From positions 59,871-123,870 of the forward strand of contig CAYSQO010000001.1 in the NCBI GenBank assembly GCA_964433315.1: a DNA stretch of 64,000 nucleotides, given 5' to 3'. The notes below the pieces were generated by a model. That model was not told the DNA's origin. It made no database searches and saw only the letters and a program-made list of their open reading frames with translations. The position numbers and the translations under genes are program-made. This stretch comes from an uncultured Rubrivivax sp. GTDB lineage: Bacteria > Pseudomonadota > Gammaproteobacteria > Burkholderiales > Burkholderiaceae_C. The stretch's first letter is position 1. Every line of letters starts with the position of its first letter. Shown here piece by piece: positions 46,568 to 59,129 of this stretch.

Positions 46568-47473
46568 ATGGAAGGCAAGAAGCAGCAGCGCGACCTCTAC
46601 GCCGAGGTCACCCGTCGAATCGTCGAGGCCCTGGACAGGGGCGTCCGCCCCTGGTCGTGCCCGTGGTCCCGTGGCGCCGCCAGCGGCGACATGCTGCCCC
46701 GCCGGCATGGGGGCGAGTCGTATCGTGGCGTGAATGTCCTGCTGCTGTGGGGCGCAGCGATGGAGCGCGGCTTCACGTCGCGCACCTGGTTGACCTACCG
46801 CCAGGCCGAGGCGCTGGGCGGGCAGGTTCGCAAGGGCGAGCGCGGCACGATGGTGGTCTATGCCGGTCAGTTCAGCCCCAGCAAGGAGGGCACCGAGCCG
46901 GCCGAAGGTGAAGCCCCTGCACGGCGCTCGGTGGCCTTCCTGCGCAGTTACACGGTCTTCAACACCGAGCAGGTGGATGGGCTGGCCGCGCCAGCCGCGC
47001 CCGAAGCGCCCGAGGCTGTCCAGCCCGACGCCGACGCGCTGGCCCTCGTGGCGCGGTCAGGCGCGACGGTTTGCCATGGTGGCGACCGCGCGTTCTACGC
47101 ACCGGGGCCTGACCTCGTGCAGATGCCCGAGGCTTCGCGCTTCCGCGATGCCGCCGCGTACTTCGGCACCCTGGCGCATGAGCTCGTGCACTGGACTGGC
47201 CACCCGGACCGCTTGGCGCGTCAATTCGGCCAGCGCTTCGGCGACCAGGCCTATGCGATGGAAGAGCTCGTCGCCGAGCTCGGCGCCGCCTTCGTGTGCG
47301 CCGGCAGCCAGCTCAGCCCGGAACCGCGCGAGGACCATGCCGCGTACTTGGCCGAGTGGCTGGCCGTTCTGAAGGACGACAAGCGCGCAATCTTCACCGC
47401 CGCCGCTCAGGCCCAGCGGGCGGCCGACCTGCTGGGCGGCGTCGAGCCAGGTGCCGACAACGGCGAGCGTTAG
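46568..47473 (+). CDS. ardC: ArdC antirestriction/ssDNA-binding protein (DUF1738 + zincin)
   Basis: DLYAEVT, PW..PW, YRGVNVLLL, WLTYRQA, VRKGE, VFN, HELVHWTG, YAMEELVAE. Confidence 0.93.
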   Translation: MEGKKQQRDLYAEVTRRIVEALDRGVRPWSCPWSRGAASGDMLPRRHGGESYRGVNVLLLWGAAMERGFTSRTWLTYRQAEALGGQVRKGERGTMVVYAGQFSPSKEGTEPAEGEAPARRSVAFLRSYTVFNTEQVDGLAAPAAPEAPEAVQPDADALALVARSGATVCHGGDRAFYAPGPDLVQMPEASRFRDAAAYFGTLAHELVHWTGHPDRLARQFGQRFGDQAYAMEELVAELGAAFVCAGSQLSPEPREDHAAYLAEWLAVLKDDKRAIFTAAAQAQRAADLLGGVEPGADNGER

Positions 47474-47674
47474 CCGCTGACCTCGGTCGGAACGTCCCTC
47501 TAATGCGATTGCGCCGTTCAGCCGGCGCTGCCAGCCGATGGCCAATCGGCTGGCCTGCCCGTTCACGCGGTAAGCTATTGCAAACCGCGCGTGCCATGTT
47601 CTTGATGCCGCTGCACGACTTCCTGTGCCGCTTCAAGAGCATGGCCGAGAGAAGAAGGCAGGGAAGGGGGCTAT

Positions 47675-49267
47675 GTGCCTGGAACGAGGTTGAACGACAC
47701 GGAGCGCGACCTGTTGCGTGCTTGGCAAGCAGAGCGCTTGGGACGATTTCCATTGCTGAAGTCGTTGGCGATTTCAGCTCCAGCGGGTCGGGGACTTCGC
47801 GGGATTCGCAGCCTCAACGCAGAGTTGCGCTATCCGGTCACCTTCTTTTCTGGACAGAACGGTTCAGGAAAGTCGACCCTGCTTTCGCTGGCAGCCCTCG
47901 CATTCCACGGCATTGCCGGTCACTTTCCATCGAACTCACGCCGAAGAGCCGGCACTGGTGCGACGGCGTTCGGCTACTACACATTTCAGGACTTCTTCCA
48001 TCGCGGGCCCGGCGACGCCGACGTCTCAGGGGTTCAAATCAGCTGGGGCTTTTCTGGGCGGCCCGAGGTCTCCATATCGAAGCAGTCCGACAAGTGGATG
48101 CGATATGAGCGTCGCCCGGCTCGGCCCGTCGAGTTCCTCGGCCTTTCTCGCGCGGTTCCGGCCATCGAGCTGCCCTCGTTGCGTAACCAATTCGGACTTA
48201 CCGCGACGCCCAGAGTTGCGCCTTTGACCGCCGAGGCGCGCGGCCACCTAGAGCGTGTTCTTGGTCGGCAGTATCCGAGTGCCGAAGTCCTTAGCGGTAG
48301 TCGCTATGCAATCCGCCGAAGCGCTGCTGCGGGTGGATACACGAGCTTCAACATGGGCACGGGCGAAGACGCGTTGATTGGGCTACTGGCACGGCTGGAG
48401 GCGGTTCCCCAAGGTGCGTTGGTCGTCATCGAAGAGCTGGAGACCGGTCTTCACCCCGCAGCTCAACGGCGGGCCGCGCAGGCGCTGATTGAGATTGCTT
48501 GGTCCCGGAAGCTGCAAGTCATTGGGTCGACTCACTCGCACCATGTCTTGGACCAGCTTCCCCGCGAGGCGCGAGTTCTGGTCGTCAGAGAGGGGGATAC
48601 ACACCGCGTTGTTTCCTCGCCTTCCACGCAGTTCGCACTCTCCGAAATTGCGGATACGACCGAGTGTGAACTTCTGGTCTTGTGCGAAGACGAGTTCGCC
48701 GTCGGGCTGCTGCAACAAATGCTTCCGAAGTCAATCCGGCGTCGCGTGCTGGTGAAGAGTTGCGGCGCCAAAACGGAGCTTGCTTTGCAGGCACAGAGCC
48801 ATCTGCGACTGGCCGACCGTGCTCGCTGTTTGGTTCTTTGGGATGGCGACGTTACCGACACCGAGGCGGAAGAGTACGTCCGAGCAGCGCGAACCCGCTT
48901 TCCGCTTCCTGGCGCAGAGCGACGACTCTCCTGGGCGCGTTTGCCGGGTACCACCTGCCCCGAACGATGGTCGCTGGACATCGCGCGTACTGTCGGGCTG
49001 GCGGAAGCCCGGGCGCTTTTCAACTTTGACTCCGATGCTGAAGCCGCTGCTGCACTCGCAAGGTGCGGCCTCGGCGACCCGCACGCTGTCGCGCACGAGC
49101 TCGCGCAGCAGGTTGGGCTCTCGGAGGCGGTGGTCGCGACTGGCCTCGCAACTTGTGTCGCGCGGGCTGCTGGCGAGGCGCGACAGAGCATGATTGATGC
49201 TGTTCAGGCGGCCCTTGATGGGCAAGTGTTGAATGCGGGTCGGGTGCAGGTGCCCGCTGCCGCATAG
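47675..49267 (+). CDS. ABC-type ATPase-TOPRIM fusion (OLD-family-like nuclease), putative defence gene
   Basis: GQNGSGKST, MGTGE, IEELETGLHP, STHS; TOPRIM VLCED and LWDGD; less GC-biased codons. Confidence 0.8.
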   Translation: MPGTRLNDTERDLLRAWQAERLGRFPLLKSLAISAPAGRGLRGIRSLNAELRYPVTFFSGQNGSGKSTLLSLAALAFHGIAGHFPSNSRRRAGTGATAFGYYTFQDFFHRGPGDADVSGVQISWGFSGRPEVSISKQSDKWMRYERRPARPVEFLGLSRAVPAIELPSLRNQFGLTATPRVAPLTAEARGHLERVLGRQYPSAEVLSGSRYAIRRSAAAGGYTSFNMGTGEDALIGLLARLEAVPQGALVVIEELETGLHPAAQRRAAQALIEIAWSRKLQVIGSTHSHHVLDQLPREARVLVVREGDTHRVVSSPSTQFALSEIADTTECELLVLCEDEFAVGLLQQMLPKSIRRRVLVKSCGAKTELALQAQSHLRLADRARCLVLWDGDVTDTEAEEYVRAARTRFPLPGAERRLSWARLPGTTCPERWSLDIARTVGLAEARALFNFDSDAEAAAALARCGLGDPHAVAHELAQQVGLSEAVVATGLATCVARAAGEARQSMIDAVQAALDGQVLNAGRVQVPAAA

Positions 49268-49386
49268 CCCAGCCGCGAGCATCCGTTGCGTAGGGTTCCG
49301 ACCTGTCACACAATCTGCGTCACAGACCTGTGTTGCGCCGGCTCTAAGTGCCTATGAGAGCTGGGGTTTCGCGGTGGCCAATGGTC

Positions 49387-49403
49387 TCCCATCAGCCACC
49401 CCA
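49387..49403 (+). repeat. attR core (tRNA-His 3' end copy)
   Basis: TCCCATCAGCCACCCCA, identical to 35426-35442. Confidence 0.85.
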
Positions 49404-49422
49404 CCCAACACCGCTAGCGCGC

Positions 49423-49460
49423 AAGGCCTTGCGTCCGAAAGGACCAAGGCCTTTTTGTTT
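49423..49460 (+). terminator. Terminator hairpin (probably the native tRNA-His terminator)
   Basis: AAGGCCTTGCGTCC-gaaa-GGACCAAGGCCTT plus T-tract. Confidence 0.75.
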
Positions 49461-49507
49461 GCGCAGCGGCCCGGCGGCCGAGCGGCCTTGAAGGCCGCCC
49501 CGGCGCT

Positions 49508-52627
<3,120 letters not shown>

Positions 52628-52637
52628 GGCGCGCCCC

Positions 52638-53807
52638 TCAGCGGATCTGGTTGATCAGCGTGGCGCCCTGCGTCGCCACGCGGTCTCCGGCCTGCAGGCC
52701 CGAGGTGACGGCCACGCGCACGCCGTCCAGGGCCTCCACCGTCACGCTGCGCGGCGCGAAGTGCTCGGGCGCGGTCTTCACCCAGACGATGGTCTGGTTG
52801 GCCGGGTTCTTCATCAGCGCGGCGGCCGGCACCGCGATCCCGCGGATCGTCTGCCTGCGCTGCACGAAGACCCGCACCGGCTGGCCCAGCGCCAGCGCCG
52901 CCAGCGCCTGGCCCTCGGCGCGGAAGACCAGCGGCAGGGCCTGCTCGCGCAGGCTGCGGGCCGCGCCGACGAAGCGCAGCGGCACGCGCGTCTCGCCCAG
53001 CGCCAGGCTGGCGCCGCCGAGGTCCGCGGTGATCCCCGGCTCGTAGGCCAGCGCCTCGATGCGCAGCCGGGTCGGGTCGACGATCTCGAAGACCAGCGCC
53101 CGCGCGTCGACCACCTGGCCCGCCAGCGCCTGCGCCGAGGCGATGACGCCTGCCACCGGCGCGACCAGCGCCTCGCGTGCGGCCAGGCCGTCGCCCACGG
53201 CGGCCACGCGCTCGGCCAGGCTGCGGGCCTCGCTCTCCGCGGCCTCCAGGTCCTTGCGCGGTACCGTGTCGGCCAGCTCGCGGAGCCGGGCCACGCGCTG
53301 CTCGGCCAGCGACCGGGCGGCCCGCAGCTCGGCCAGCTGGGCGGCCTGGTTGGCGCGCTCGATCGGCGCGGTCGAAGGCCGGACATAGGCCAGCACCTCG
53401 CCCTTGCACACCGCCTGGCCGATGTTCGGCAGACCGCGCGGGCCGGGCTCGATGCGGCCGGCGTTCAGGGGCTGCACCGTGCCGCCGGCGTTGGGGTCCA
53501 TCGCCACCTTGCCGTTGAGCTCGAGCACGCGCGGCAGCTCGCCCGCTTCGGCCAGCTGCGTGCGTACGCCCAGCTGGCGCTGGGCCGGCTTGGGCAGGAA
53601 GACGCTGCCGTCGGGCAGTCGCCTCGGGCTGCTGGACGGGGGCGGAGCGGCCGCGGCGCCATGCGCGTGCCCGTGGTCCTCACCGGCCCGGACCGGGCCC
53701 GGCAGGCCCAGCCCGAGGCCGAGCAGCAGGGGGAGCAGCATGGGGGGCGACAGGACGTGCATCGGGGCGAAGGGCAGGCGGACGAACAGGCGGAGGCGGG
53801 GGCTCAT
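52638..53807 (-). CDS. czcB: CzcB-like RND periplasmic adaptor
   Basis: His-rich N-terminus, LVAPVAGVI, GLQAGDRVATQGA. Confidence 0.85.
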   Translation of the reverse strand: MSPRLRLFVRLPFAPMHVLSPPMLLPLLLGLGLGLPGPVRAGEDHGHAHGAAAAPPPSSSPRRLPDGSVFLPKPAQRQLGVRTQLAEAGELPRVLELNGKVAMDPNAGGTVQPLNAGRIEPGPRGLPNIGQAVCKGEVLAYVRPSTAPIERANQAAQLAELRAARSLAEQRVARLRELADTVPRKDLEAAESEARSLAERVAAVGDGLAAREALVAPVAGVIASAQALAGQVVDARALVFEIVDPTRLRIEALAYEPGITADLGGASLALGETRVPLRFVGAARSLREQALPLVFRAEGQALAALALGQPVRVFVQRRQTIRGIAVPAAALMKNPANQTIVWVKTAPEHFAPRSVTVEALDGVRVAVTSGLQAGDRVATQGATLINQIR

Positions 53808-54382
53808 GCGACACCTCCGGCACGGCGCAGGCGGGCGGCCGCCGCGCGGCGGCCCCGGACGATCGCGGCCGCCCCGATCGCCAGCAGGGTGGCCAGCAGG
53901 GCGGCCAGCAGGGCGGCCGAGCCAACGGCGTAGGCCGTCCAGCGGCGCGCGGGCCCGGCCGGGTGGGGGGCTGCGGCCTCGTGCAGGTCCAGCTCGGCGG
54001 CCAGCTGCTCGGTGTCTCCGTCCACCGTCACGGTGGCCAGGATGGGCAGCAGCCCGGCCTGCGGCTCGGCCGGCAGCTCGGCCTCGTAGAGCTCCTCATG
54101 GGCCTCGGCCCGCAGCCGCAGGCCCGCGATCTCCAGCTCGATCTGCGCCTCGCGCACCGGCGCGTTGTCGGTGGCGCGGTCGAGGTAGAGGGTGATCTGC
54201 CGGCCCTGGAGCACGCCGACGAGCTCGAAGCGCTCGGCGACCGCGGCAAAGCGCGGCGGGGCCGGATCGGCGGCGGCCGGCGCGGCGTCGCCGTGCGCGT
54301 GGCCTTCGCCGGCCCGTGCCGCGGGGTGCAGCAGCAGGGCCGCGAGAAGGCCGAGGGTGACCGGGAACAGGGGGTGGGGCAT
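53804..54382 (-). CDS. His-containing periplasmic/membrane accessory protein of the metal efflux cluster
   Basis: Signal peptide, GEGHAHG, LYLDRATDNAPV, C-terminal TM. Confidence 0.7.
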   Translation of the reverse strand: MPHPLFPVTLGLLAALLLHPAARAGEGHAHGDAAPAAADPAPPRFAAVAERFELVGVLQGRQITLYLDRATDNAPVREAQIELEIAGLRLRAEAHEELYEAELPAEPQAGLLPILATVTVDGDTEQLAAELDLHEAAAPHPAGPARRWTAYAVGSAALLAALLATLLAIGAAAIVRGRRAAAARLRRAGGVA

Positions 54383-54420
54383 GGGGTCGCTCCGGAAGCA
54401 GGGTGGGGGCGGTGGGCGGC

Positions 54421-55707
54421 TCACTGGGGCAGCAGGCCCAGGGCCTGTCGCCAGGCCGAGATCGCGGCGGCGAGTTCGAGGCGGCTGCGCACGGCCTGCC
54501 GTTCGGCCTCGGCGGCCTCGGCCTCGATGCGCAGTCGCGTGGGCAGGTCGGTCTCGCCCAGCCGGAAGGACTTCTCGAAGAAGCCGCGGGTCTCGCCGGC
54601 CAGCGCGGCACGCCGCTCGGCGGCGGCCTGCTGGCGGCGCGCGGCGTCAACGCGGGCCCGGGCCGCCTCGCGCTCTGCCGCAAGGCGGGCGCGGTCGAGC
54701 TCGAGCCGAGCCTGCGCCTCGGCCGCTTCCGCAAGCGCCGTGGCGACCCGGCGGTCGTGGCGCGGTCCGTCATCCAGGGGCAGGCGCAGCGCGAGGTTCA
54801 GGGTCTGGCCGTAGCGCTCGCCGGCCGCGCCGCGGTCGCGGGTGGTCGAGAGGCTCAGCTCGGGATGCGCCCGCGAGCGGCGCGCCGCCAGCGCCGCCGT
54901 GCGCTCGGCCACGGTGGCGCGGTCCTGCAGCGCCGTCAGGGCCGGATGCGGGAGGGCATCGGGGGACGCCGGCTCGGGCTCGGCCTGCGGCTCCGCCGCG
55001 GGTGCTCCGGCCCCGTCCAGCCCGGTCCCGCCCAGGGCCTGCAGCCGCAGCCAGGCGGCCGTGGCGCCCGCCTCGGCCTGGGCCAGGCGGGCCTCCGCCG
55101 CGGCCACCGCGCCTTCGGCCTGGTGCTGGTCGGCCCGGGCCAGCTCGCCCGCCCGGGTGCGCCGGGCCACGTCGCGGGCCAGCTGCCGGGCGCTGTCGAG
55201 CTGGGCCCGGCCCATGGCCTCGTCCATGCGCGCCTGTTGCCAGGCCCACCAGGCCTCGCGCACGCTGGCGGCAAGCCGCAGCCGGGCCGCGGCCAGCTGG
55301 CTCTCGACCGCCGCGGCCTCGGCCTCGGCCAGCGCGCCGGCACGGTCCTGTTCGCCGGGCAGCCACAGGGGCAGGGCCAGGCCGACTTCCAGTTCCCGGG
55401 CGCCCTTGCGGCCGGTGAGGCGGTCGGTCTTGTGCGCAGCCTCCAGGGCCGGCGCCTCGGGCAAGCCGCGCGAGGCGGCGCGGCGCTGGGCCTCGGCGGC
55501 CGCGCGGCGCGCCTGCAGGGCCCGGGCTTCGGGCTGCTGCGCCCAGGCCGCGTCGAAGAGCGGCTTCAGCGCCGGGGCGCCGGCGACGGCCGGCCCCGCG
55601 ACGGGTTCGGCCCCGGCGGGTGCCGCGGGGGCGGTGAGGGCCGCCGACAAGGCGGCAGCCTCCAGGGCGCGCCGACCGGCGCGCGCGAGGGTTTGTTTCG
55701 GGGGCAT
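54421..55707 (-). CDS. czcC: TolC/CzcC outer-membrane factor
   Basis: Ala-rich coiled coils, LPLWLPG, SFRLGETDL. Confidence 0.85.
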   Translation of the reverse strand: MPPKQTLARAGRRALEAAALSAALTAPAAPAGAEPVAGPAVAGAPALKPLFDAAWAQQPEARALQARRAAAEAQRRAASRGLPEAPALEAAHKTDRLTGRKGARELEVGLALPLWLPGEQDRAGALAEAEAAAVESQLAAARLRLAASVREAWWAWQQARMDEAMGRAQLDSARQLARDVARRTRAGELARADQHQAEGAVAAAEARLAQAEAGATAAWLRLQALGGTGLDGAGAPAAEPQAEPEPASPDALPHPALTALQDRATVAERTAALAARRSRAHPELSLSTTRDRGAAGERYGQTLNLALRLPLDDGPRHDRRVATALAEAAEAQARLELDRARLAAEREAARARVDAARRQQAAAERRAALAGETRGFFEKSFRLGETDLPTRLRIEAEAAEAERQAVRSRLELAAAISAWRQALGLLPQ

Positions 55708-55857
55708 CCGAGGCTCCAGGGGTGGGGACCACACACGGGAGATCGGCGAGCCGCGACGCCAGGGTCGCACCGGGCCCCACGCCCCCCACCGGCTCGGCCG
55801 GCAGGGCGCACGCAGGCGCCGTCGGAGTTCAGGCGATGAGAGAACCCGCCTCGCCGA

Positions 55858-56220
55858 TCAGGCGAGGGCCGGCCACTGCGGCCGTTCGGGCGGACTGGCG
55901 GCAAGCGCCATGTGCGGGCGGGGCCCTGCCGGGCGCTGCACGCCGGCCGGATGGTCGAGCCGCGGCGCCTCGACCCAGGCCAGCACGCCCAGGCACTGCC
56001 CGTGGCAGTGGCCGCAGTCGGCGTCGGCCGCCGGGGGGGCGTCGCGGTCGGCATCGGCCCGTCCGGGCTCGGCGGCGCCATGCCCATGCGCGGCATGGTC
56101 GTGGTGCCCGACATGGCTCGCCCCCGCACCCTGCCCGTGGTGGCAGTAGCCGGCAGCCGCTGCCCACACCATCTGGAGCGGCAGCAGCACGAGCAGGAGG
56201 ACGAGGAGCCAGCGGCGCAT
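55858..56220 (-). CDS. czcI: CzcI-like metal-binding protein
   Basis: MRRWLLVLLLVLLPLQMVWAAAAGYCHH, DCGHCH, PPERPQW. Confidence 0.75.
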   Translation of the reverse strand: MRRWLLVLLLVLLPLQMVWAAAAGYCHHGQGAGASHVGHHDHAAHGHGAAEPGRADADRDAPPAADADCGHCHGQCLGVLAWVEAPRLDHPAGVQRPAGPRPHMALAASPPERPQWPALA

Positions 56221-56471
56221 GGGCGCGGAGTGTAGGGTTGCGTCAAGAGCCCCCACGCCGTTGTCGCGTGGCGGCAGTGGCCCCTTCACTCGCGGGGGGA
56301 GGGCGGGAGGGCCGCGGGGCCGCCTCTGTTGGAGATCTGTCGGTCAGGAAGCCGGGATCCCTTCCCGATTGACCAGCCCGGCAGCGCCCGCCCGAGCGGT
56401 GATCTGTTGCATGAAGAAACCTCGCGAATTCCCATTCGCAAAGGGTTTTAGCCAGGCCCTTTGAAAGGGTA

Positions 56472-57152
56472 TCAATCCTCGGCAATCAGGGCCCAGCAGG
56501 CGCTTGCGTAAATCACCGCGCCATCCTCGCTGCCAAACTCGGCATAGGCCGGGTCGCGCGGGCTGCCAAACCAGCTGCCCGGGGTTTTGCCCTCGCGGTA
56601 GATGCGGGGGTGGAAGCGGCCATGGGCATCCTGGACGAGGATGGGCCGGCCGGGACGCGGCGGCTGGTCGCGGCGCCAGACCATCACCGTGCCCGCCGGG
56701 CGTTCGGGGGCCAGAGCGTCGTCTTCCAGCACGGTCTTGAACGTGGATGGACCCCTCCCTGGGTCGGTCATCAGCGTCTCCCGGGTCATCTGGACGGGGC
56801 GGTTGAAGGCCTCGGGCAGCAGGGCCGGATCCGGGGTCTTCGGGTGGACCCCTGGGGCGCGACCCGGCCGCGCGGGCCGCGAAGGGCCACCGTGCGGCTC
56901 CTCGTTCGAGGGCAGCTCACCGTAGCGGCGGGCCCACTCCGAGGCCGCGACCGACTCGTCGTAGACGGCCAGCACGTCCAGGCCGAAGTGGTCGGCGATG
57001 CGGCGGGCCGTCTCGTGCGAGGGGCTGCGCACGCGACCGCTGCAGATCTTGTGCAGGGTCGGCTGGAAGCCCGGGGTGCCCATGGCCTTGGCCACGGGCA
57101 AGGTACCGCCTGCATCCTCGACGAGACGCTTGATGAGCTTGTGCGGCGACAT
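56472..57152 (-). CDS. HTH protein with degenerate S24-like C-terminus (phage-repressor-like)
   Basis: VAKAMG...QPTLHKICSG...RIADHFG HTH; DALAPERPAGTVMVW. Confidence 0.6.
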   Translation of the reverse strand: MSPHKLIKRLVEDAGGTLPVAKAMGTPGFQPTLHKICSGRVRSPSHETARRIADHFGLDVLAVYDESVAASEWARRYGELPSNEEPHGGPSRPARPGRAPGVHPKTPDPALLPEAFNRPVQMTRETLMTDPGRGPSTFKTVLEDDALAPERPAGTVMVWRRDQPPRPGRPILVQDAHGRFHPRIYREGKTPGSWFGSPRDPAYAEFGSEDGAVIYASACWALIAED

Positions 57153-57800
57153 GCCCTGACTATGCACCAGGGGCAAATTCGGCCATGCATTGAAAAGGCG
57201 GGGCACATCCCGTCGATCCATTCCCCATGGCATAAATCACAGAGGGTTCCGGCGGCGGCCGAAAGGGGAGGGGCAGGGTATTGGCTGGGGAAGATCATTC
57301 GCTGGGCTGGGCTGGGCCGCGCAATTCGTCGAAGCATAATCGTGTGCGCCGGCGGCCAGGTCTTGCACGCGGGGCTCCGCGGCATCGCCCATGCAGGCCG
57401 TCCAGGCCTTGTCAGGCTGGGGGGCTGACGCTGCGGCCGGCGCGTTCTTCTCGGTCAGGGTTGGCCCCAAGTCCAGCCCCTAGGCTCAGGGGGACGGTCT
57501 TCTGAAGCTTTCCTGCCACGCCAAGCTTAAGATCAGCTTCAGTCAACTTGTAACACCGCGTATCATTACGGCGGGCTGACGCTGTGTTGACGTTTCGCTG
57601 CGGCCCGCATCCCCCTGTGGTCTCGTCTGTCCCGCCCCGCAAGCCGGGGTCGGCGTGCTGCTGTTCGAGGGTTCGGGATGCATGAACCTGGGTTGTTGAA
57701 GCGGCTTCGAATCCTTGCGCGCCGTCTGGGGCGGTATGGGTCCGGAGCCTCGCGTTGGGCGGCGCCCGCCGAGCGTCGAAATCAGAAGGAGTTGGATTTC

Positions 57801-59126
57801 ATGGGTCAGAAGGCTGAGGTCAGCCCGGACGTGTCGTCCCTTTTCTCGCGTCTGGGCCTGGGCGGCGTCGAGTCGTATCAGCATTTTTCGCCCCGCCACC
57901 TCGGGAATCTGACCCCACCTTTCCGGGCGCCGGCCCGTCCGTCGCTTGCCGTGCCGCGAAGCCCGTCCGAGGCGATGGCCGAGCCGACCCTCGCGGTCGA
58001 GCCGATCGAGCCCGCAGCCGCCGATCCGACGCCGACCCTGGCGGCCCGCCCGCAGTCGGCGGAGCCGCTGCCGGTCGCGCTGCAGTCGCCGGCCGAGGAC
58101 GTCGGGGCCCTCCTGCTGCCCCCCGCCGTCGAGCCACCGCGGGCCGGCGCCAGCCCGCTGGCCCGTGCGGCGGCCGGCGCGACGCCGGCGCCTGCGGTGG
58201 ACGGCCCCGCGCGGGGCGCGTCGATCGACGACAGCCTGTCCACCTTCACCTCCAGCACGCTGCCGACCCCCGGCCCGGCCGAGGGTCCGGGCGGGCTGCT
58301 CACCCCGCCGCCCGGCGCCCTGTTCGAGCTGCCGGGCCTCGGCGCGGTCAACCTGGAGATGCGTCCGGCCCTGCCGCCCACGGCACGCAGCCAGCCCGAG
58401 CGCACGCCGCGGGTGGTCTTCCACTCGATCCAGGGCGGTGCCGGCGTCAGCACCCTGGCCACCGGGCTGGCGGCCCAGCTGGCCCAGGCCGGCTGGGCGC
58501 CGCGCATCCTGGATCTCAAGGGCACGGCCGAGGCCAGCCTGTTCTTCCCGCAGACGCGCCCGGTGCCCGGGGCCGACGCCCTGGTACTGGGACGCGAGGA
58601 CGGCGCCCGCGCGGTGGGCCTGCTCTGCCCCTCGACCCTGGACATCCCGGGCCACGGGGTCTGGCCGGTGTCGCTGATCGAGCGCTGCGAGCCGCAGTGC
58701 CGCGAGCTGTTCGCCGGCCTGGCCGGCCAGGCCTTCCTGATCTGCGACCTGCCCTCGGGCCACCACGAGCTGTGGCGCCGCTCGCTGGCCGACGCCGACC
58801 TCAACGTCATCCCGCTGCGGCCCGATGCCTTCGCGCTGCGCGCGGCCGAGGCCATGCTGCGGGTGCTGGAGAACGAGCCGGGCCAGGCGCTCTTCGTGCT
58901 CAACACCTTCGATCCGCAGGACGCCGTGCACCGCCAGGTCGAGGCCTCGCTGCGCGAGCTGCTCGGCCCGCGGCTCGCGCCGCTGCCGGTGCTGCGCGAT
59001 GCCGGGCTGGCGGCCAGCATGCTGCGGGGCGAGCCCTTCGGTGCCGAGCTGTTCCGCGGCGCCGGCTTCCAGGCGCTCTACGCCAGCTGTGCCCTCGCGG
59101 CCCTGCAGCGTCTTCACCAGGCTTGA
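57801..59126 (+). CDS. bcsQ: BcsP/BcsR-like N-terminus + Pro-rich linker + BcsQ (YhjQ) ATPase
   Basis: AAGGAG RBS; DVSSLFSRLG...SYQHF; SIQGGAGVSTL, ICDLP, LRPDAFA, VLNTFD. Confidence 0.75.
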   Translation: MGQKAEVSPDVSSLFSRLGLGGVESYQHFSPRHLGNLTPPFRAPARPSLAVPRSPSEAMAEPTLAVEPIEPAAADPTPTLAARPQSAEPLPVALQSPAEDVGALLLPPAVEPPRAGASPLARAAAGATPAPAVDGPARGASIDDSLSTFTSSTLPTPGPAEGPGGLLTPPPGALFELPGLGAVNLEMRPALPPTARSQPERTPRVVFHSIQGGAGVSTLATGLAAQLAQAGWAPRILDLKGTAEASLFFPQTRPVPGADALVLGREDGARAVGLLCPSTLDIPGHGVWPVSLIERCEPQCRELFAGLAGQAFLICDLPSGHHELWRRSLADADLNVIPLRPDAFALRAAEAMLRVLENEPGQALFVLNTFDPQDAVHRQVEASLRELLGPRLAPLPVLRDAGLAASMLRGEPFGAELFRGAGFQALYASCALAALQRLHQA

Positions 59127-59129
59127 GCG

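Larger units (their letters stand above)
35443..49403. mobile_element. ~14-kb integrative satellite/mobilisable island at the tRNA-His att
   Basis: Flanked by 17-19-bp direct repeats; integrase next to the left att; CTGTCACACA arm-like boxes at 35531 and 49303; AlpA, replication protein, ArdC. Confidence 0.85.
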
